From Propionibacteriaceae bacterium (GTDB lineage Bacteria > Actinomycetota > Actinomycetes > Propionibacteriales > Propionibacteriaceae), in NCBI GenBank assembly GCA_905372155.1, contig CAJPNZ010000002.1, positions 22,955-86,954 of the forward strand: a DNA stretch of 64,000 bases, in the 5' to 3' direction. Shown piece after piece: positions 1 to 10,143 of this stretch. Every line of letters begins with the position of its first letter. The first letter of the stretch is position 1. The notes beneath the pieces are model-generated. The model had not been told where the DNA came from, ran no database searches, and saw only the letters and a list, made by a program, of their open reading frames with translations. The position numbers and the translations under genes are program-made.

Positions 1-537
1 CTGACCGAGATCAATGGGACGAGGGGTCAACTGCACGGCCACACCGGGACGGGCTCCTCGCTCACGCGCCCACTGGACGGCGCCAACGCCTTGGCCGACG
101 TTGATCGTGGTCAGGGCCAGCGAGTACTGCTCGCGTGCCGCCCTGACCGGATCCCCCACGATCGCGGGTTCTTTCGCCAGGGCCAGAGAAAGCATCATCA
201 GCGTCGCGAGCGCGAGAGTTGCGGCCACGCCTCCCCTGATCAGCCGCCCGCCGACGCTTCGGCAGCGTGTTCCGTCCTCGGCGATCAGGTAGAGGGGCTG
301 ATCGCACTCATTTCCTGCGATGCCCTGAAGTCGTTCAGCCAAGGAATCCGGTAGAGGGGCTGCCGCTTGGCAGGAACTCAGTCTGGAACGCACTCGTCGC
401 AGTTCCTCGACGACAGAAGTACAGTGCGGGCACCGGATCAGGTGTTCACTGACCTGATTGACGCGACGTTCGGGCAGCGTCTTGTCGACGAACCCGGAGA
501 GGTCGTCCTCGTAGCGGCGGCAGTCGTTTCCCCGCAC
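1..537 (-). CDS. Zinc-finger (zf-HC2/ZAS) anti-sigma factor, RseA-like; 3' end runs off the window
   Basis: Not in the ORF track. Translated by hand from GTG at 537: VRGNDCRRYEDDLSGFVD...EHLIRCPHC (HxxxCxxC), then a hydrophobic TM segment. Starts 3 nt after the sigE stop. Confidence 0.85.
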   Translation of the reverse strand, partial: MRGNDCRRYEDDLSGFVDKTLPERRVNQVSEHLIRCPHCTSVVEELRRVRSRLSSCQAAAPLPDSLAERLQGIAGNECDQPLYLIAEDGTRCRSVGGRLIRGGVAATLALATLMMLSLALAKEPAIVGDPVRAAREQYSLALTTINVGQGVGAVQWARERGARPGVAVQLTPRPIDLGQ

Positions 538-540
538 CTC

Positions 541-1128
541 CTATGACACCCCAAGGTATCGGGCATGGTCCTCGTTCGGTGCGCGGTGGGCGAGCGCGTC
601 ACGCAGCTGGGCGCGCCCGCGGGCGATCCGGCTGCGCACGGTGCCGAGCTTGATGCCCAGTACCTGCGAGATCTCCTCGTAGCTCATTCCCTCGATGTCG
701 CAGAGCACGACGGCGACGCGCTGCTCGGGTTTCAGGGCCGCCAAAGCATTCGCCACGTCGGCGTCCAGGGCCCCGTCCGTGTGGAGTTCCTCGGGGCTGC
801 GGTCCTGTCCCCAGAGGTGCTCGGGGGCCGAGCTGAGAGCATCCATGCGGATCCGTTGTCTGCGTCGCGCGGAATCCAGGAACAGGTTGGTGGTGATGCG
901 GTGCAGCCAGCCCTCGAGGGTGCCGGGTTGGAAGTTGTGGATCGATTTGAACACCCGGACGAACACGTCCTGGGTGAGGTCCTCGGCGTCGTGGCGATTG
1001 CCGGTGAGCCGGTAGGCGAGGCGGTAGACCTGCGCCGAATGGTCCCGGACGAGTTCCGCCCAGGTGGGCGCACCCCAGTCCGAATCGCTCGGTCTCGCCT
1101 TGTTGCGGAACACGCCTCGCCTCTCCAT
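541..1128 (-). CDS. sigE: ECF RNA polymerase sigma factor SigE
   Basis: [56 protein letters not shown]. Start placed at the ATG at 1128. Confidence 0.93.
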   Translation of the reverse strand: MERRGVFRNKARPSDSDWGAPTWAELVRDHSAQVYRLAYRLTGNRHDAEDLTQDVFVRVFKSIHNFQPGTLEGWLHRITTNLFLDSARRRQRIRMDALSSAPEHLWGQDRSPEELHTDGALDADVANALAALKPEQRVAVVLCDIEGMSYEEISQVLGIKLGTVRSRIARGRAQLRDALAHRAPNEDHARYLGVS

Positions 1129-1284
1129 GGGAACAATCTGGCACCTCATCCTGTGAGGAACCTGTGTGTGAAGCGTTCCACGCCTCTCACACAACCTTCA
1201 ACGCACGGCGGCGAGGCTTTGTTCCAACGGGTTTCCGCCGCCGGGCGAGGTCTTCAGGTTTCTGTGAGTTTTCCGGGAAAATGC

Positions 1285-2175
1285 TCAGAGTTGGGTGTCC
1301 AGAATCCCCAGGAAACGTTCCAGGATCTCCGGGGCGACCGTTCCCATGGGAGGGCGGCACATCCCGACGTCGAAACCGCGGCGGTTCAGGGCCGCCTTGA
1401 CCATCATCGTTCCCTGGGTGGCGAACACCCCCCGGAAGACCGGCAGCAGCTGGGCGTTGAGCTGCCGCGCCTGTTCGAGGTCCCCTGCGACGAACGCGTC
1501 GATGAGCGCGCGGACCTGAAGACCCGAGAAGTGCGTGGACGTCCCCACCACCCCTGCCCCACCAACGGCCAGCAGCGGCAGCAGGTAGGCGTCGTCGCCC
1601 GCGTAGTAGGTCAGCGTGGTGTTGGCGATCACGACCGAGGACGAGCAGATATCCGCCTTGGCGTCCTTGACCGCCGCGATCCTGGGATGGTCCGCCAGGC
1701 GCACCAGCAACGCCTCCGGAATCGGGATACCCGTGCGGTGCGGGATGTCGTAGAGCATGAGGGGAAGTTCGGTGGCGTCGGCGACGGCGAGGAAGTGAGC
1801 TTCGAGCGCATCAACGGGAGGGCGCGAGTAGTAGGGGGTCACCACCAACAGCCCGTCGGCACCGGCCTCCGCGGCCTGCCCCGCGAGTTCGATCGTGTGG
1901 CGCGTGTCGAAGGTGCCGACCCCGGCCACCACCGAGGCGCGGTCCCCGACCGCCTCGACCACCGCCTTGAGCAGTTCCTGTTTCTCCTCGTCGCTGGTGG
2001 TGGGGGATTCCCCGGTGGTTCCGTTGATCACCAGGCCGTCGTGTCCCTGTCCATCCACCAGGTGCCGGGCCAACCGGGCTGCCTCGGCGAGGTTCACGCG
2101 CCCGTCCGGCCCGAACGGGGTGATCATGGCGGTCAGCAGCCGCCCGAAAATGGGCTGTTCCGGACTTGCAGGCAT
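1285..2175 (-). CDS. dapA: 4-hydroxy-tetrahydrodipicolinate synthase
   Basis: TAMITPF, GTTGESPT, VVTPYY, LYDIPHRTG and VKDAK motifs. Confidence 0.95.
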   Translation of the reverse strand: MPASPEQPIFGRLLTAMITPFGPDGRVNLAEAARLARHLVDGQGHDGLVINGTTGESPTTSDEEKQELLKAVVEAVGDRASVVAGVGTFDTRHTIELAGQAAEAGADGLLVVTPYYSRPPVDALEAHFLAVADATELPLMLYDIPHRTGIPIPEALLVRLADHPRIAAVKDAKADICSSSVVIANTTLTYYAGDDAYLLPLLAVGGAGVVGTSTHFSGLQVRALIDAFVAGDLEQARQLNAQLLPVFRGVFATQGTMMVKAALNRRGFDVGMCRPPMGTVAPEILERFLGILDTQL

Positions 2176-2178
2176 GGT

Positions 2179-2361
2179 TCAGGCCTCCTCGAAAGTGACG
2201 AGCGATTCCTCGTCGTGGATGTTTTCCTGCCCGGTCATCGCCGACGACACCAAGCCGGATCCAGGTGATGCGGCGGCATCGCCACCCCCCACACGCCGAC
2301 CGGCCGCGACGACCAACTGCTGCGCGCCGCCCGGGTTGTCGGCGTAGGCCACATGACTCAT
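2179..2361 (-). CDS. Possible 60-aa leader/hypothetical ORF upstream of dapA
   Basis: TATCCT (-10-like) lies 7 nt before the ATG. The stop is 3 nt before the dapA ATG, and the dapA RBS (GAGGAGG) lies inside this ORF. Confidence 0.3.
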   Translation of the reverse strand: MSHVAYADNPGGAQQLVVAAGRRVGGGDAAASPGSGLVSSAMTGQENIHDEESLVTFEEA

Positions 2362-2417
2362 GCGGTTCAGGATAGAGCCTCCATGGATAAGGGCATCGAA
2401 CTGGGTAGAGTTGCCGT

Positions 2418-3074
2418 GTGACTCACATAGCTGATTCTCCCATTCCGGCGCCGACGGCGGAGAGCTGGAGCTTCGCCGAGGCCCACTCCCCCATCGCCGA
2501 TGGTCTTCAGCGGGCCCGGGTGGAGGCGGTTCAGGCCGGGCTCACCCCGGTCAGCCAAGGTGTGGCGTCCACCCTCACCGTACTGGCCAAGGCCGTGAAT
2601 GCGCGAACCGTGGTCGAAATCGGTACCGCGCTGGGCACCTCCGCCCTGCCCCTGCTCGCCGGGATGACCTCCGACGGAGTGCTGACCAGCATTGACCCCG
2701 AGGCCGACAATCAGCTGCCTGCACGGTCCTTCCTGAACGCAGCGGGCTATCCGCCGTCCCGTTGCCGACTGATCGCGGGCGCTCCCCTGGAGATCCTCCC
2801 GAAACTGCGGGACGGCGCCTACGACATCGTCTTCATCAACGGCGACAAACTGGAATATGTCGAGTACGTGGCCGCTGCCCTGCGTCTGCTGCGCTCGGGC
2901 GGGCTTCTCATCCTGCATGACGTGCTCTGGTACAACACCGTCGCCAACCCGGGCCGGGAGGGCGACGAGACAATCATCATCCGTGAGGCCCTCGATGCGG
3001 TGCAGGCGGCCGAGAGCTACACGACCACCCTGCTCACGGTGGGAAACGGGTTGCTGGTGGCCGTCAAGAACTGA
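2418..3074 (+). CDS. O-methyltransferase (methyltransf_3 family)
   Basis: VVEIGTALGTS, LTSID, YDIVFINGDK, LLRSGGLLILHDVLW. Typical sigE neighbour in Actinobacteria. Confidence 0.88.
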   Translation: MTHIADSPIPAPTAESWSFAEAHSPIADGLQRARVEAVQAGLTPVSQGVASTLTVLAKAVNARTVVEIGTALGTSALPLLAGMTSDGVLTSIDPEADNQLPARSFLNAAGYPPSRCRLIAGAPLEILPKLRDGAYDIVFINGDKLEYVEYVAAALRLLRSGGLLILHDVLWYNTVANPGREGDETIIIREALDAVQAAESYTTTLLTVGNGLLVAVKN

Positions 3075-3146
3075 GCGGGCAGCATTCCGCTCAACGCGAG
3101 TGGCTGCCCGGAAGCTTCAGTCCGGGCAGCCACTCGCGTTTTCCTC

Positions 3147-4373
3147 TCAGTCGCGTGGGACGACCTTGTCCTTGCCGACGACGACCACTCCGCTGGGTGA
3201 GACGTGGAAACCTCGATCCCGGTCATGGTCGTGGTCGACACCGATTTGCGCCCCGTCCTCGACGAGAACGTGCTTGTCGAGGATGGCGCGACGCACCACC
3301 GCGTCCCGGCCGACACGCGCACCGTCCATCAGCACGGAGTCCGAGACCTGGGACCACTTGTCGATGCGCACGTTCGGGCCCAGCACGGTACGATCCACCT
3401 CGCCGCCGGAGATGATGCATCCGGGATTGACGATGGAGTCCTCCGCCTTTCCGCGAATGACGAATTTTGCCCCGGGCGCCTGGGACTGGTTCGTCAGCAA
3501 CGGCCAGTCACTGTTGTAGAGGTTGAACTCCGGATCCACGGAGACCAGGTCCATGTGGGCCTCGTGATAGGCGTCGATCGTACCGACGTCGCGCCAGTAG
3601 TTGAGGTCCTTGTCGGTCGCCCCGGGAACTACGTTGTCCTTGAAGTCGTAGACCTGCGACTGCCCTTGGGCCGTGAACCACGGGACGATGTCACCGCCCA
3701 TGTCATGCTTGGCCGTCGGGTTCTCCGCATCGGCCCGGAGCGCCTCCACCAGCGCGTGACGGGAGAAGATGTAGTTACCCATCGAGGCGAATGACTCATT
3801 CGGCGAGTCCGGCAGCCCCGGCGGATCGGCGGGTTTCTCCAAGAAATTCTTGATGCGCTTGTCTTCCCCGGCATCGATGATGCCGAACGCACCAGCCTCG
3901 CTGCGAGGCACGCGGATACCCGCGACCGTGCAGCCAAGTCCGGAATCGATGTGGGCATCCACCATCTGCTCGATGTCCATCCGGTAGATGTTGTCCGCGC
4001 CGAACACGACGACATAGTCGGGATTGGCGTCACGGATCAGGTTGAGCGACTGGTAGATGGCGTCAGCGGATCCCTGATACCAGCGAGGCCCCAGACGCTG
4101 CTGAGCGGGAACGGGCGTCACGTAGGCGCCCATCAGGGTCGAGAACCGCCACGTCATGGAGATGTGCCGGTCCAGGGAGTGGGATTTGTACTGGGTCAGG
4201 ACCGCGACCTGGGTCAACCCAGAATTCGCGAGATTGGACAGGACGAAGTCGATCAGCCGATAGCTGCCTCCGAACGGCACCGCTGGTTTGGCGCGATCGG
4301 AGGTCAGCGGCATCAACCTCTTCCCCTCGCCACCGGCGAGGACAATTGACAGGATCTTCGGGCGTGCCACCAT
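3147..4373 (-). CDS. glgC: Glucose-1-phosphate adenylyltransferase
   Basis: [32 protein letters not shown]. Confidence 0.97.
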   Translation of the reverse strand: MVARPKILSIVLAGGEGKRLMPLTSDRAKPAVPFGGSYRLIDFVLSNLANSGLTQVAVLTQYKSHSLDRHISMTWRFSTLMGAYVTPVPAQQRLGPRWYQGSADAIYQSLNLIRDANPDYVVVFGADNIYRMDIEQMVDAHIDSGLGCTVAGIRVPRSEAGAFGIIDAGEDKRIKNFLEKPADPPGLPDSPNESFASMGNYIFSRHALVEALRADAENPTAKHDMGGDIVPWFTAQGQSQVYDFKDNVVPGATDKDLNYWRDVGTIDAYHEAHMDLVSVDPEFNLYNSDWPLLTNQSQAPGAKFVIRGKAEDSIVNPGCIISGGEVDRTVLGPNVRIDKWSQVSDSVLMDGARVGRDAVVRRAILDKHVLVEDGAQIGVDHDHDRDRGFHVSPSGVVVVGKDKVVPRD

Positions 4374-4436
4374 GTCTGAAACCTAGCGCTTCGTCGGGTC
4401 CCTTACAACAGCTTCGGGGAGATATCATTGCTGAGC

Positions 4437-5627
4437 ATGAAACTGTCGCTGCTGACTCGTGAGTATCCACCATCGATCTACGGCGGTGCTGGGGTCCACG
4501 TGGCCCAGCTCGTCCCGCAGCTCAGAAAGTTCATCGACGTCGATGTTCACTGCATGGGAGAACCCCGCGACGGCGCCGTCGCACATCCTGAATCCTGGCC
4601 GGCCGGGGCGAACGCGGCCCTGCGGGTTCTGGGAGCCGACCTGTCCATGGCGGCCGCGGTCGCCGAGGACACCGATGTGCTGCACTCCCACACCTGGTAC
4701 GCGAACATGGGAGGTCACCTGGCAGGGCTGATGCTGGACCGCGCCCACGTGGTGACCTCGCACTCCCTCGAACCGCACCGCCCCTGGAAGGCGGAGCAGC
4801 TGGGAGGCGGGTACCGGGTGTCCTCATGGGCCGAGAAAACTGCCTTCGAAGCCGCCGATGCCGTCATCTCCGTGTCCGCGGGGATGCGCAAGGACGTCCT
4901 TGCCTCCTACCCGGACCTTGACCCCGACAGGGTGTTCGTGGTCAAGAACGGAATCGACCCCGACGAGTTCAAACCGGACAACGGCACCGACGTGGTGCAG
5001 GACCTGGGCATCGACCTGGATCGCCCGACCGTGGTGTTCGTGGGTCGCATCACCCGCCAGAAAGGGCTCATCCACTTGGTGCGGGCAGCCCAGCAGTTCG
5101 ATCCCGAAACCCAGGTCGTGCTGCTCGCGGGAGCTCCCGACACCCCGGAGATCGCCGCCGAGTTCGACGGGGCGTTCGCGGAACTCCAGGCCAAACGCAG
5201 CGCACCCGTGATCTGGATACCGGAAATGCTGCCCCGGGCCTCCGTGAGACAGGTCATGACCCACGCGACGGTCTTCGCCTGCCCAAGTGTCTACGAGCCC
5301 CTGGGCATCGTGAACCTGGAGGCCATGGCCTGCGAAACAGCCGTCGTCGCCTCCGCGGTGGGTGGAATCCCGGAGGTGGTCGTCGACGGCACAACGGGCC
5401 TGCTCGTCCCCTACGACCCCGCCCGGGCATCCGACCCCGAGTTCATCTCCGCCTTCGAGGCGGATTTCGCGACCAAGGTGAACCGCCTCACCAGCGACCC
5501 GACACTTGCCGAGCAGTTCGGGAAAGCGGGAAGGCAGCGTTGCATCGACGAGTTCTCATGGGAACAGATCGCGAAGGAGACCATCGCGGTCTACGAGAAG
5601 GCCATCGCCTTCCACGGAAACCACTAA
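4437..5627 (+). CDS. glgA: Glycogen synthase / maltose-1-phosphate synthase (actinobacterial GlgA/GlgM)
   Basis: LTREYPPSIYGGAGVHV, HSHTWY, CPSVYEPLGIVNLEAMA. Divergent from glgC. Confidence 0.93.
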   Translation: MKLSLLTREYPPSIYGGAGVHVAQLVPQLRKFIDVDVHCMGEPRDGAVAHPESWPAGANAALRVLGADLSMAAAVAEDTDVLHSHTWYANMGGHLAGLMLDRAHVVTSHSLEPHRPWKAEQLGGGYRVSSWAEKTAFEAADAVISVSAGMRKDVLASYPDLDPDRVFVVKNGIDPDEFKPDNGTDVVQDLGIDLDRPTVVFVGRITRQKGLIHLVRAAQQFDPETQVVLLAGAPDTPEIAAEFDGAFAELQAKRSAPVIWIPEMLPRASVRQVMTHATVFACPSVYEPLGIVNLEAMACETAVVASAVGGIPEVVVDGTTGLLVPYDPARASDPEFISAFEADFATKVNRLTSDPTLAEQFGKAGRQRCIDEFSWEQIAKETIAVYEKAIAFHGNH

Positions 5628-5633
5628 AGACCG

Positions 5634-5667
5634 AGGGTCGCCCGGGAGAAAGCTCCCGGGCGACCCT
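5634..5667. terminator. Stem-loop between convergent glgA and the DUF3117 gene
   Basis: Perfect 15-bp inverted repeat AGGGTCGCCCGGGAG-aaag-CTCCCGGGCGACCCT. Confidence 0.8.
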
Positions 5668-5689
5668 GTCAAGGTGGATTCGGCCGTGC

Positions 5690-5857
5690 TCAGCCAACGA
5701 CACCCTTCAGAGCGTTGAGCAGATCGGTTGCCTCCGTGGCATTCATCTCGACCACCAGTCGTCCCCCGCCATCAACCGGAACGCGCATCACGATGCCGCG
5801 CCCCTCCTTCGCGACCTCCATGGGTCCGTCTCCCGTGCGGGGTTTCATCGCTGCCAT
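5690..5857 (-). CDS. DUF3117 family small protein
   Basis: MAAMKPRTGDGPMEV..EGRGIVMRVP.DGGGRLVVE, the conserved actinobacterial DUF3117 signature. Confidence 0.9.
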   Translation of the reverse strand: MAAMKPRTGDGPMEVAKEGRGIVMRVPVDGGGRLVVEMNATEATDLLNALKGVVG

Positions 5858-5867
5858 GTGCCAAACC

Positions 5868-6329
5868 TCAATCCTTGGAGTCCAAGTGAACTCCTCCATT
5901 ATTCCGCATCTGCAAAGTCCCTGACGCATCAGCCGGGGTGGGATTCGCCGGGGACGGCGCCTCCAAGCCGGCGACGAGCCCGGCAGCAGGCTGCCCAAAA
6001 CGCAAACCGAGGTCCTCGGCAATCCGATTGACCACTGCATCAACGGCCTGCATGTCGTACCCACCACCGACGATGTCGAACTGGGGCGGCCCCGGCGGCG
6101 GTTGCCGTTCGGCCTCTGCCACGAACCGATCCACCTGCGTCCTCTCGTATCCAACCGAGACGGTGGGAAGACGTAGCTGCTTCACGAACTTCTCGCCGAA
6201 GGGAAGATCTGGGATGAAGGCCCTGGGCCTGTCATCCACTGGTTCGGGCATCTCCCCGAGCCGCCCGGTCCCCGCCCAGGCGGCCAGGGCGAGAACCACC
6301 ATGAAAACTGCCCCGAAGACCCAGATCAT
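5868..6329 (-). CDS. Membrane-anchored DivIVA-repeat protein
   Basis: N-terminal TM; two DivIVA-like motifs (VGYERTQVDRFV, GGYDMQAVDAVV). Confidence 0.7.
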   Translation of the reverse strand: MIWVFGAVFMVVLALAAWAGTGRLGEMPEPVDDRPRAFIPDLPFGEKFVKQLRLPTVSVGYERTQVDRFVAEAERQPPPGPPQFDIVGGGYDMQAVDAVVNRIAEDLGLRFGQPAAGLVAGLEAPSPANPTPADASGTLQMRNNGGVHLDSKD

Positions 6330-7069
6330 GTGTCAGAGCCTACTGATCGAATCCGGTCAGGGGATCCCATGGCGGCGATTGCCTCATCGACGTCATCGGT
6401 GAGAGTGATCAGCTCCAGATCACCCGGGCTGATGAAACCACCGGCCTCGACCCGCTGTGTGATCCACTCGAGCAGCGGCTCCCAGAAATGACTTCCGAAC
6501 AGCACCACCGGGAAATGGGTCACCTTGCCGGTCTGGATCAGCGTCAGCGACTCGAACAACTCATCGAGGGTGCCAAAGCCACCGGGCATCGTGACGAATC
6601 CGCGCGAATACTTCAGAAACATCGTCTTGCGAGCGAAGAAGTAGCGGAAGTTGATGCCGAGCCCAACGTACGGGTTGAGCCCCTGCTCGTGGGGAAGCTC
6701 GATGCCCAGCCCCACGGATGTACCACCCGCCTCGATGGCCCCCTTGTTGCCTGCTTCCATGACGCCGGGCCCGCCACCGGTGATGACGGCGAACCCCCTC
6801 TCCGCGAGACCCCGGGCGATCCGTTCCGCTGCCCGGTACATCGGATCGGTGGGGATGGTTCGCGCGGAACCGAAGATGCTGACGGCGGCGGGAAGATCGT
6901 GGAGGGTGTCGAATCCCTCCACGAACTCGGCCTGGATGCGCAGCACCCGCCACGGATCCTTGCTGGCCCATTCGTCCCCGTCGGAGCCGAGCAGGGCCTC
7001 GTCGGCGGTCGGCACCTCCTCACGGGCCTGGCCACGAAGCACCACGGCTCCTTGGCGGCGTTCGGTCAT
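6326..7069 (-). CDS. LOG family (TIGR00730) protein
   Basis: [31 protein letters not shown]. Confidence 0.92.
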   Translation of the reverse strand: MTERRQGAVVLRGQAREEVPTADEALLGSDGDEWASKDPWRVLRIQAEFVEGFDTLHDLPAAVSIFGSARTIPTDPMYRAAERIARGLAERGFAVITGGGPGVMEAGNKGAIEAGGTSVGLGIELPHEQGLNPYVGLGINFRYFFARKTMFLKYSRGFVTMPGGFGTLDELFESLTLIQTGKVTHFPVVLFGSHFWEPLLEWITQRVEAGGFISPGDLELITLTDDVDEAIAAMGSPDRIRSVGSDT

Positions 7070-7081
7070 CAGGTTCCTCCT

Positions 7082-8149
7082 TCAGGCAAGCCAGCGGCGA
7101 AGGCCGTCGGCGCAGATTCCCAGGTGTTCGGCCGGGCAGCGTTCGTCGTCGCGGTGGGCCAGCGACGAATCCCCGGGACCGTAGTTGACCGCGGGAATCC
7201 CGAGTGCGGAGAAACGGGACACGTCGGTCCAACCGTACTTGGGGAACGCCTTCCCGCCGACCGCGTTGACGAACTCCTGCGCAAGCGGCCTGTCCAGCCC
7301 GGGCCGGGCAGCCGGAGACAGGTCGGTCACCTCGAACGTGTACCCGTCGAAGACCTCCTCCAAGTACCCAAGGGCCTCGTCGAGGCTCTTGTCGGGCGCG
7401 AACCGGTAGTTGATCTCCACCCACGCCTCGGGGGGGATGATGTTGCCCGCCACTCCTCCACCGATGCGAACGGCGTTGAGCCCCTCCCGGTACTCCAATC
7501 CCTCCACCTCGATCCGCCTCGGTTCGTGGGCAGCGAGCCGCGCGAGCACGTCCGCCAGGCCGTGGATGGCGTTGTTCCCCATCCAGGCGCGGGCGCTGTG
7601 GGCGGCCCTGCCCTCGACGGTGATCCTGATGCGGATGGTTCCCTGGCAGCCCCCCTCTACCCGAGCCCCCGTCGGCTCCATGAGGACCGCGAAATCCGCC
7701 TCGAGCAGGTCGGGGCGGTTGCCCGCCAGCCGCCCGAGGCCGTTCAGGGAGGCGTCCACTTCCTCGTGGTCGTAGAACACCCAGGTGATGTCGAAACGGG
7801 GCTGGTCGAGTTCGCAGGCGAGCTTCAACGCGACCGCCACCCCGCCCTTCATGTCCACGGTGCCCCTGCCGTGGATCACAACCCCTTCCGGGGTTTCCTC
7901 CACCGTGCTCGGCAGGTTTCCGACCACTGGAACGGTGTCCAGATGTCCGGCGATCAGCACCCGCTGCCCACGGCCGAGCCGGGTCCAGGCCACCACGCAG
8001 TCGCCGTCGCGCGCCACCTCGAGATGGGACTGAGCGCGAAGCAGCTCCTCAACCAGGTCCGCGAGCCGCTTCTCGTTCCCGGAAACGCTCTCGACGTCGA
8101 CGACGGCGCGCAGCAGGGTTACGAGATCGGTGCGGGGATCAAGACTCAT
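7082..8149 (-). CDS. dapE: Succinyl-diaminopimelate desuccinylase
   Basis: [37 protein letters not shown]. Divergent from dapD. Confidence 0.94.
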   Translation of the reverse strand: MSLDPRTDLVTLLRAVVDVESVSGNEKRLADLVEELLRAQSHLEVARDGDCVVAWTRLGRGQRVLIAGHLDTVPVVGNLPSTVEETPEGVVIHGRGTVDMKGGVAVALKLACELDQPRFDITWVFYDHEEVDASLNGLGRLAGNRPDLLEADFAVLMEPTGARVEGGCQGTIRIRITVEGRAAHSARAWMGNNAIHGLADVLARLAAHEPRRIEVEGLEYREGLNAVRIGGGVAGNIIPPEAWVEINYRFAPDKSLDEALGYLEEVFDGYTFEVTDLSPAARPGLDRPLAQEFVNAVGGKAFPKYGWTDVSRFSALGIPAVNYGPGDSSLAHRDDERCPAEHLGICADGLRRWLA

Positions 8150-8314
8150 GGCTGTGAGCCTACTGCCACCAACACCAGCCGCAACCAAGAATCGGCCCAT
8201 GACTGTGGGGTTCGCCTAAACCGGGAGGGTCGGCGACCGGGGATCCTCGAGGCCGTTGCTGTGCCCGGGCCCGTCCCGGGATCGTTGTCGCCCGTGTTCA
8301 CTACACTTGCCCGC

Positions 8315-9247
8315 ATGACCGACGTTCCTCGCCAGGGCTGGGGCTGGGGCCTCGCCACCATTCACGCCTCCGGTTCCGTTCTCGACGTGTTCTACCCGGA
8401 ACCGCGAATTGGCGGTGAGGTCGCCAAGGAGGCTCCCGGCTCTTTGCTGGCGGCCCAGCTCACGGACGACCTGCGCCAGGTCACCACGAAGGTGGTGTGC
8501 GTGGTCATCGACCTCGACGCCGCCCCCGAGAACACCGAGGACGCCTACCTGCGTCTACACCTGCTCAGCCATCGCCTGGTCCGGCCGCACGGGCTCAACC
8601 TCGACGGCATCTTCGGCAAGCTGCCGAACAACGCCTGGACCAGTCGCGGCCCGGTACGGACGGAGGATGTCGCTCATCTCCGCACCTTGCTTCGCGGGCG
8701 AGGTGAAACACTGCTGGTCTTCGGCATCGACAAGTTCCCGCGCATGACCGACTACGTCGTCCCCGCCGGCGTTCGTATCGGGGACGCGGACCGGGTGCGA
8801 CTGGGGGCTCACCTGGCCTCCGGCACCACCGTGATGCACGAGGGTTTCGTGAACTTCAACGCCGGCACTCTGGGAACCTCGATGGTCGAAGGACGCATCT
8901 CCGCCGGGGTGGTCGTCGGCGACGGTTCCGACATCGGCGGTGGCGCTTCCATCATGGGCACCCTCTCCGGTGGCGGCAAGGAAATCATCCGCATCGGCGA
9001 ACGCTGTTTGTTGGGGGCGGAGTCCGGCATCGGGATCTCGCTGGGTGACGACTGCGTCGTGGAGGCAGGACTCTACGTGACTGCGGGCACGAAGGTGGAG
9101 CTTCCCGACGGTCGTGTGATCAAGGCGCGGGAATTCTCCGGCATCCCCGGCCTGTTGTTCCTGAGGGATTCACAATCAGGAAAAGTCGTGGTCAAACCAC
9201 GCCAGGGCAGCACTGTTGAACTGAACGACGAACTGCACGCCAACTGA
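8315..9247 (+). CDS. dapD: Tetrahydrodipicolinate N-succinyltransferase
   Basis: [40 protein letters not shown]. True start is the ATG at 8315 inside the long track ORF. Confidence 0.95.
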   Translation: MTDVPRQGWGWGLATIHASGSVLDVFYPEPRIGGEVAKEAPGSLLAAQLTDDLRQVTTKVVCVVIDLDAAPENTEDAYLRLHLLSHRLVRPHGLNLDGIFGKLPNNAWTSRGPVRTEDVAHLRTLLRGRGETLLVFGIDKFPRMTDYVVPAGVRIGDADRVRLGAHLASGTTVMHEGFVNFNAGTLGTSMVEGRISAGVVVGDGSDIGGGASIMGTLSGGGKEIIRIGERCLLGAESGIGISLGDDCVVEAGLYVTAGTKVELPDGRVIKAREFSGIPGLLFLRDSQSGKVVVKPRQGSTVELNDELHAN

Positions 9248-9248
9248 C

Positions 9249-10082
9249 ATGCGCAAGAAGACGGCAATCATCCTGGTTACGACGCTCGTGATAGTGGGCG
9301 CCCTCGGTTTCGGCGCCTGGAAGGGATACGAGTGGTTCATCGCCCGAATGACCCCGAACGCCTGTTATCTCCAGGTCCAAGGGGTGGAGGAACCGCTCCG
9401 GCTCACGAACGAGCAGGCGAAGAACGCCTCCATCATCGTCGCCGAGTCGTACAACCGTGGCCTGTCGGAACAGGCGGCGGTGATCGCCCTCGCCACGGCG
9501 TGGCAGGAGTCGGGGCTGCGGAACCTCAACTACGGCGATCGCGACTCCTTGGGCCTGTTCCAGCAGCGTCCCTCCTATGACTGGGGCACCGAGGAGCAGA
9601 TCATGGATCCGTGGTACAGCTCCGGCCGGTTCTACGAGGAACTGATCAAGTTCGAAGGCTGGGAGAGCACCGACGTCAACGACATCGCCCAGAAGGTGCA
9701 GCGTTCCGGGCATCCCGAGGCCTACAGGAAACACGAAACCAATGCGCGCGCCCTGGCCGGGGCCTTCCGGGGTTCCCGGGAAGGCGTTTTCGCCTGCATC
9801 AACCGAGACGCCAGCGGCACTGACCACGGCGTCCTGGACAAGGTGGTGGCCGCCGTTCCCGGTGTCAAGCTCCAGGACAACGGTTCCGACCTGACCATGA
9901 CGGCGAGCAATGCCGATTCCGCCTGGTCGGCCACTCATCTGGCCATCGCGAATGCCGCGGATCTCGGCGTCGAGAAGGTCGTCGTCGGTGGAAACGAGTG
10001 GAAGCAGGGGGAACGAACCTGGAAGGACGTCCGACCGGTTTCCGGCGAGTCCGTGACGGTAACCATCAAACTCAGGTCGTGA
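9249..10082 (+). CDS. Secreted/membrane-anchored protein with a lysozyme-like (transglycosylase-type) domain
   Basis: N-terminal TM; ALATAWQESGLRNL..GDRDSLGLFQQRPS..WG motif common in actinobacterial cell-wall hydrolase-like proteins. Confidence 0.65.
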   Translation: MRKKTAIILVTTLVIVGALGFGAWKGYEWFIARMTPNACYLQVQGVEEPLRLTNEQAKNASIIVAESYNRGLSEQAAVIALATAWQESGLRNLNYGDRDSLGLFQQRPSYDWGTEEQIMDPWYSSGRFYEELIKFEGWESTDVNDIAQKVQRSGHPEAYRKHETNARALAGAFRGSREGVFACINRDASGTDHGVLDKVVAAVPGVKLQDNGSDLTMTASNADSAWSATHLAIANAADLGVEKVVVGGNEWKQGERTWKDVRPVSGESVTVTIKLRS

Positions 10083-10143
10083 CCCCCTCAGGACCGAGAA
10101 TGAATCTGATGTTCCACCTGCTCCGAGATCTTGGAGGAAAGCC

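Noticed and set aside
6488..8314. Long N-terminal extension of the 919-aa track ORF ending in dapD
   Set aside because: Antisense shadow of dapE and the LOG gene in high-GC DNA; real DapD starts at 8315.
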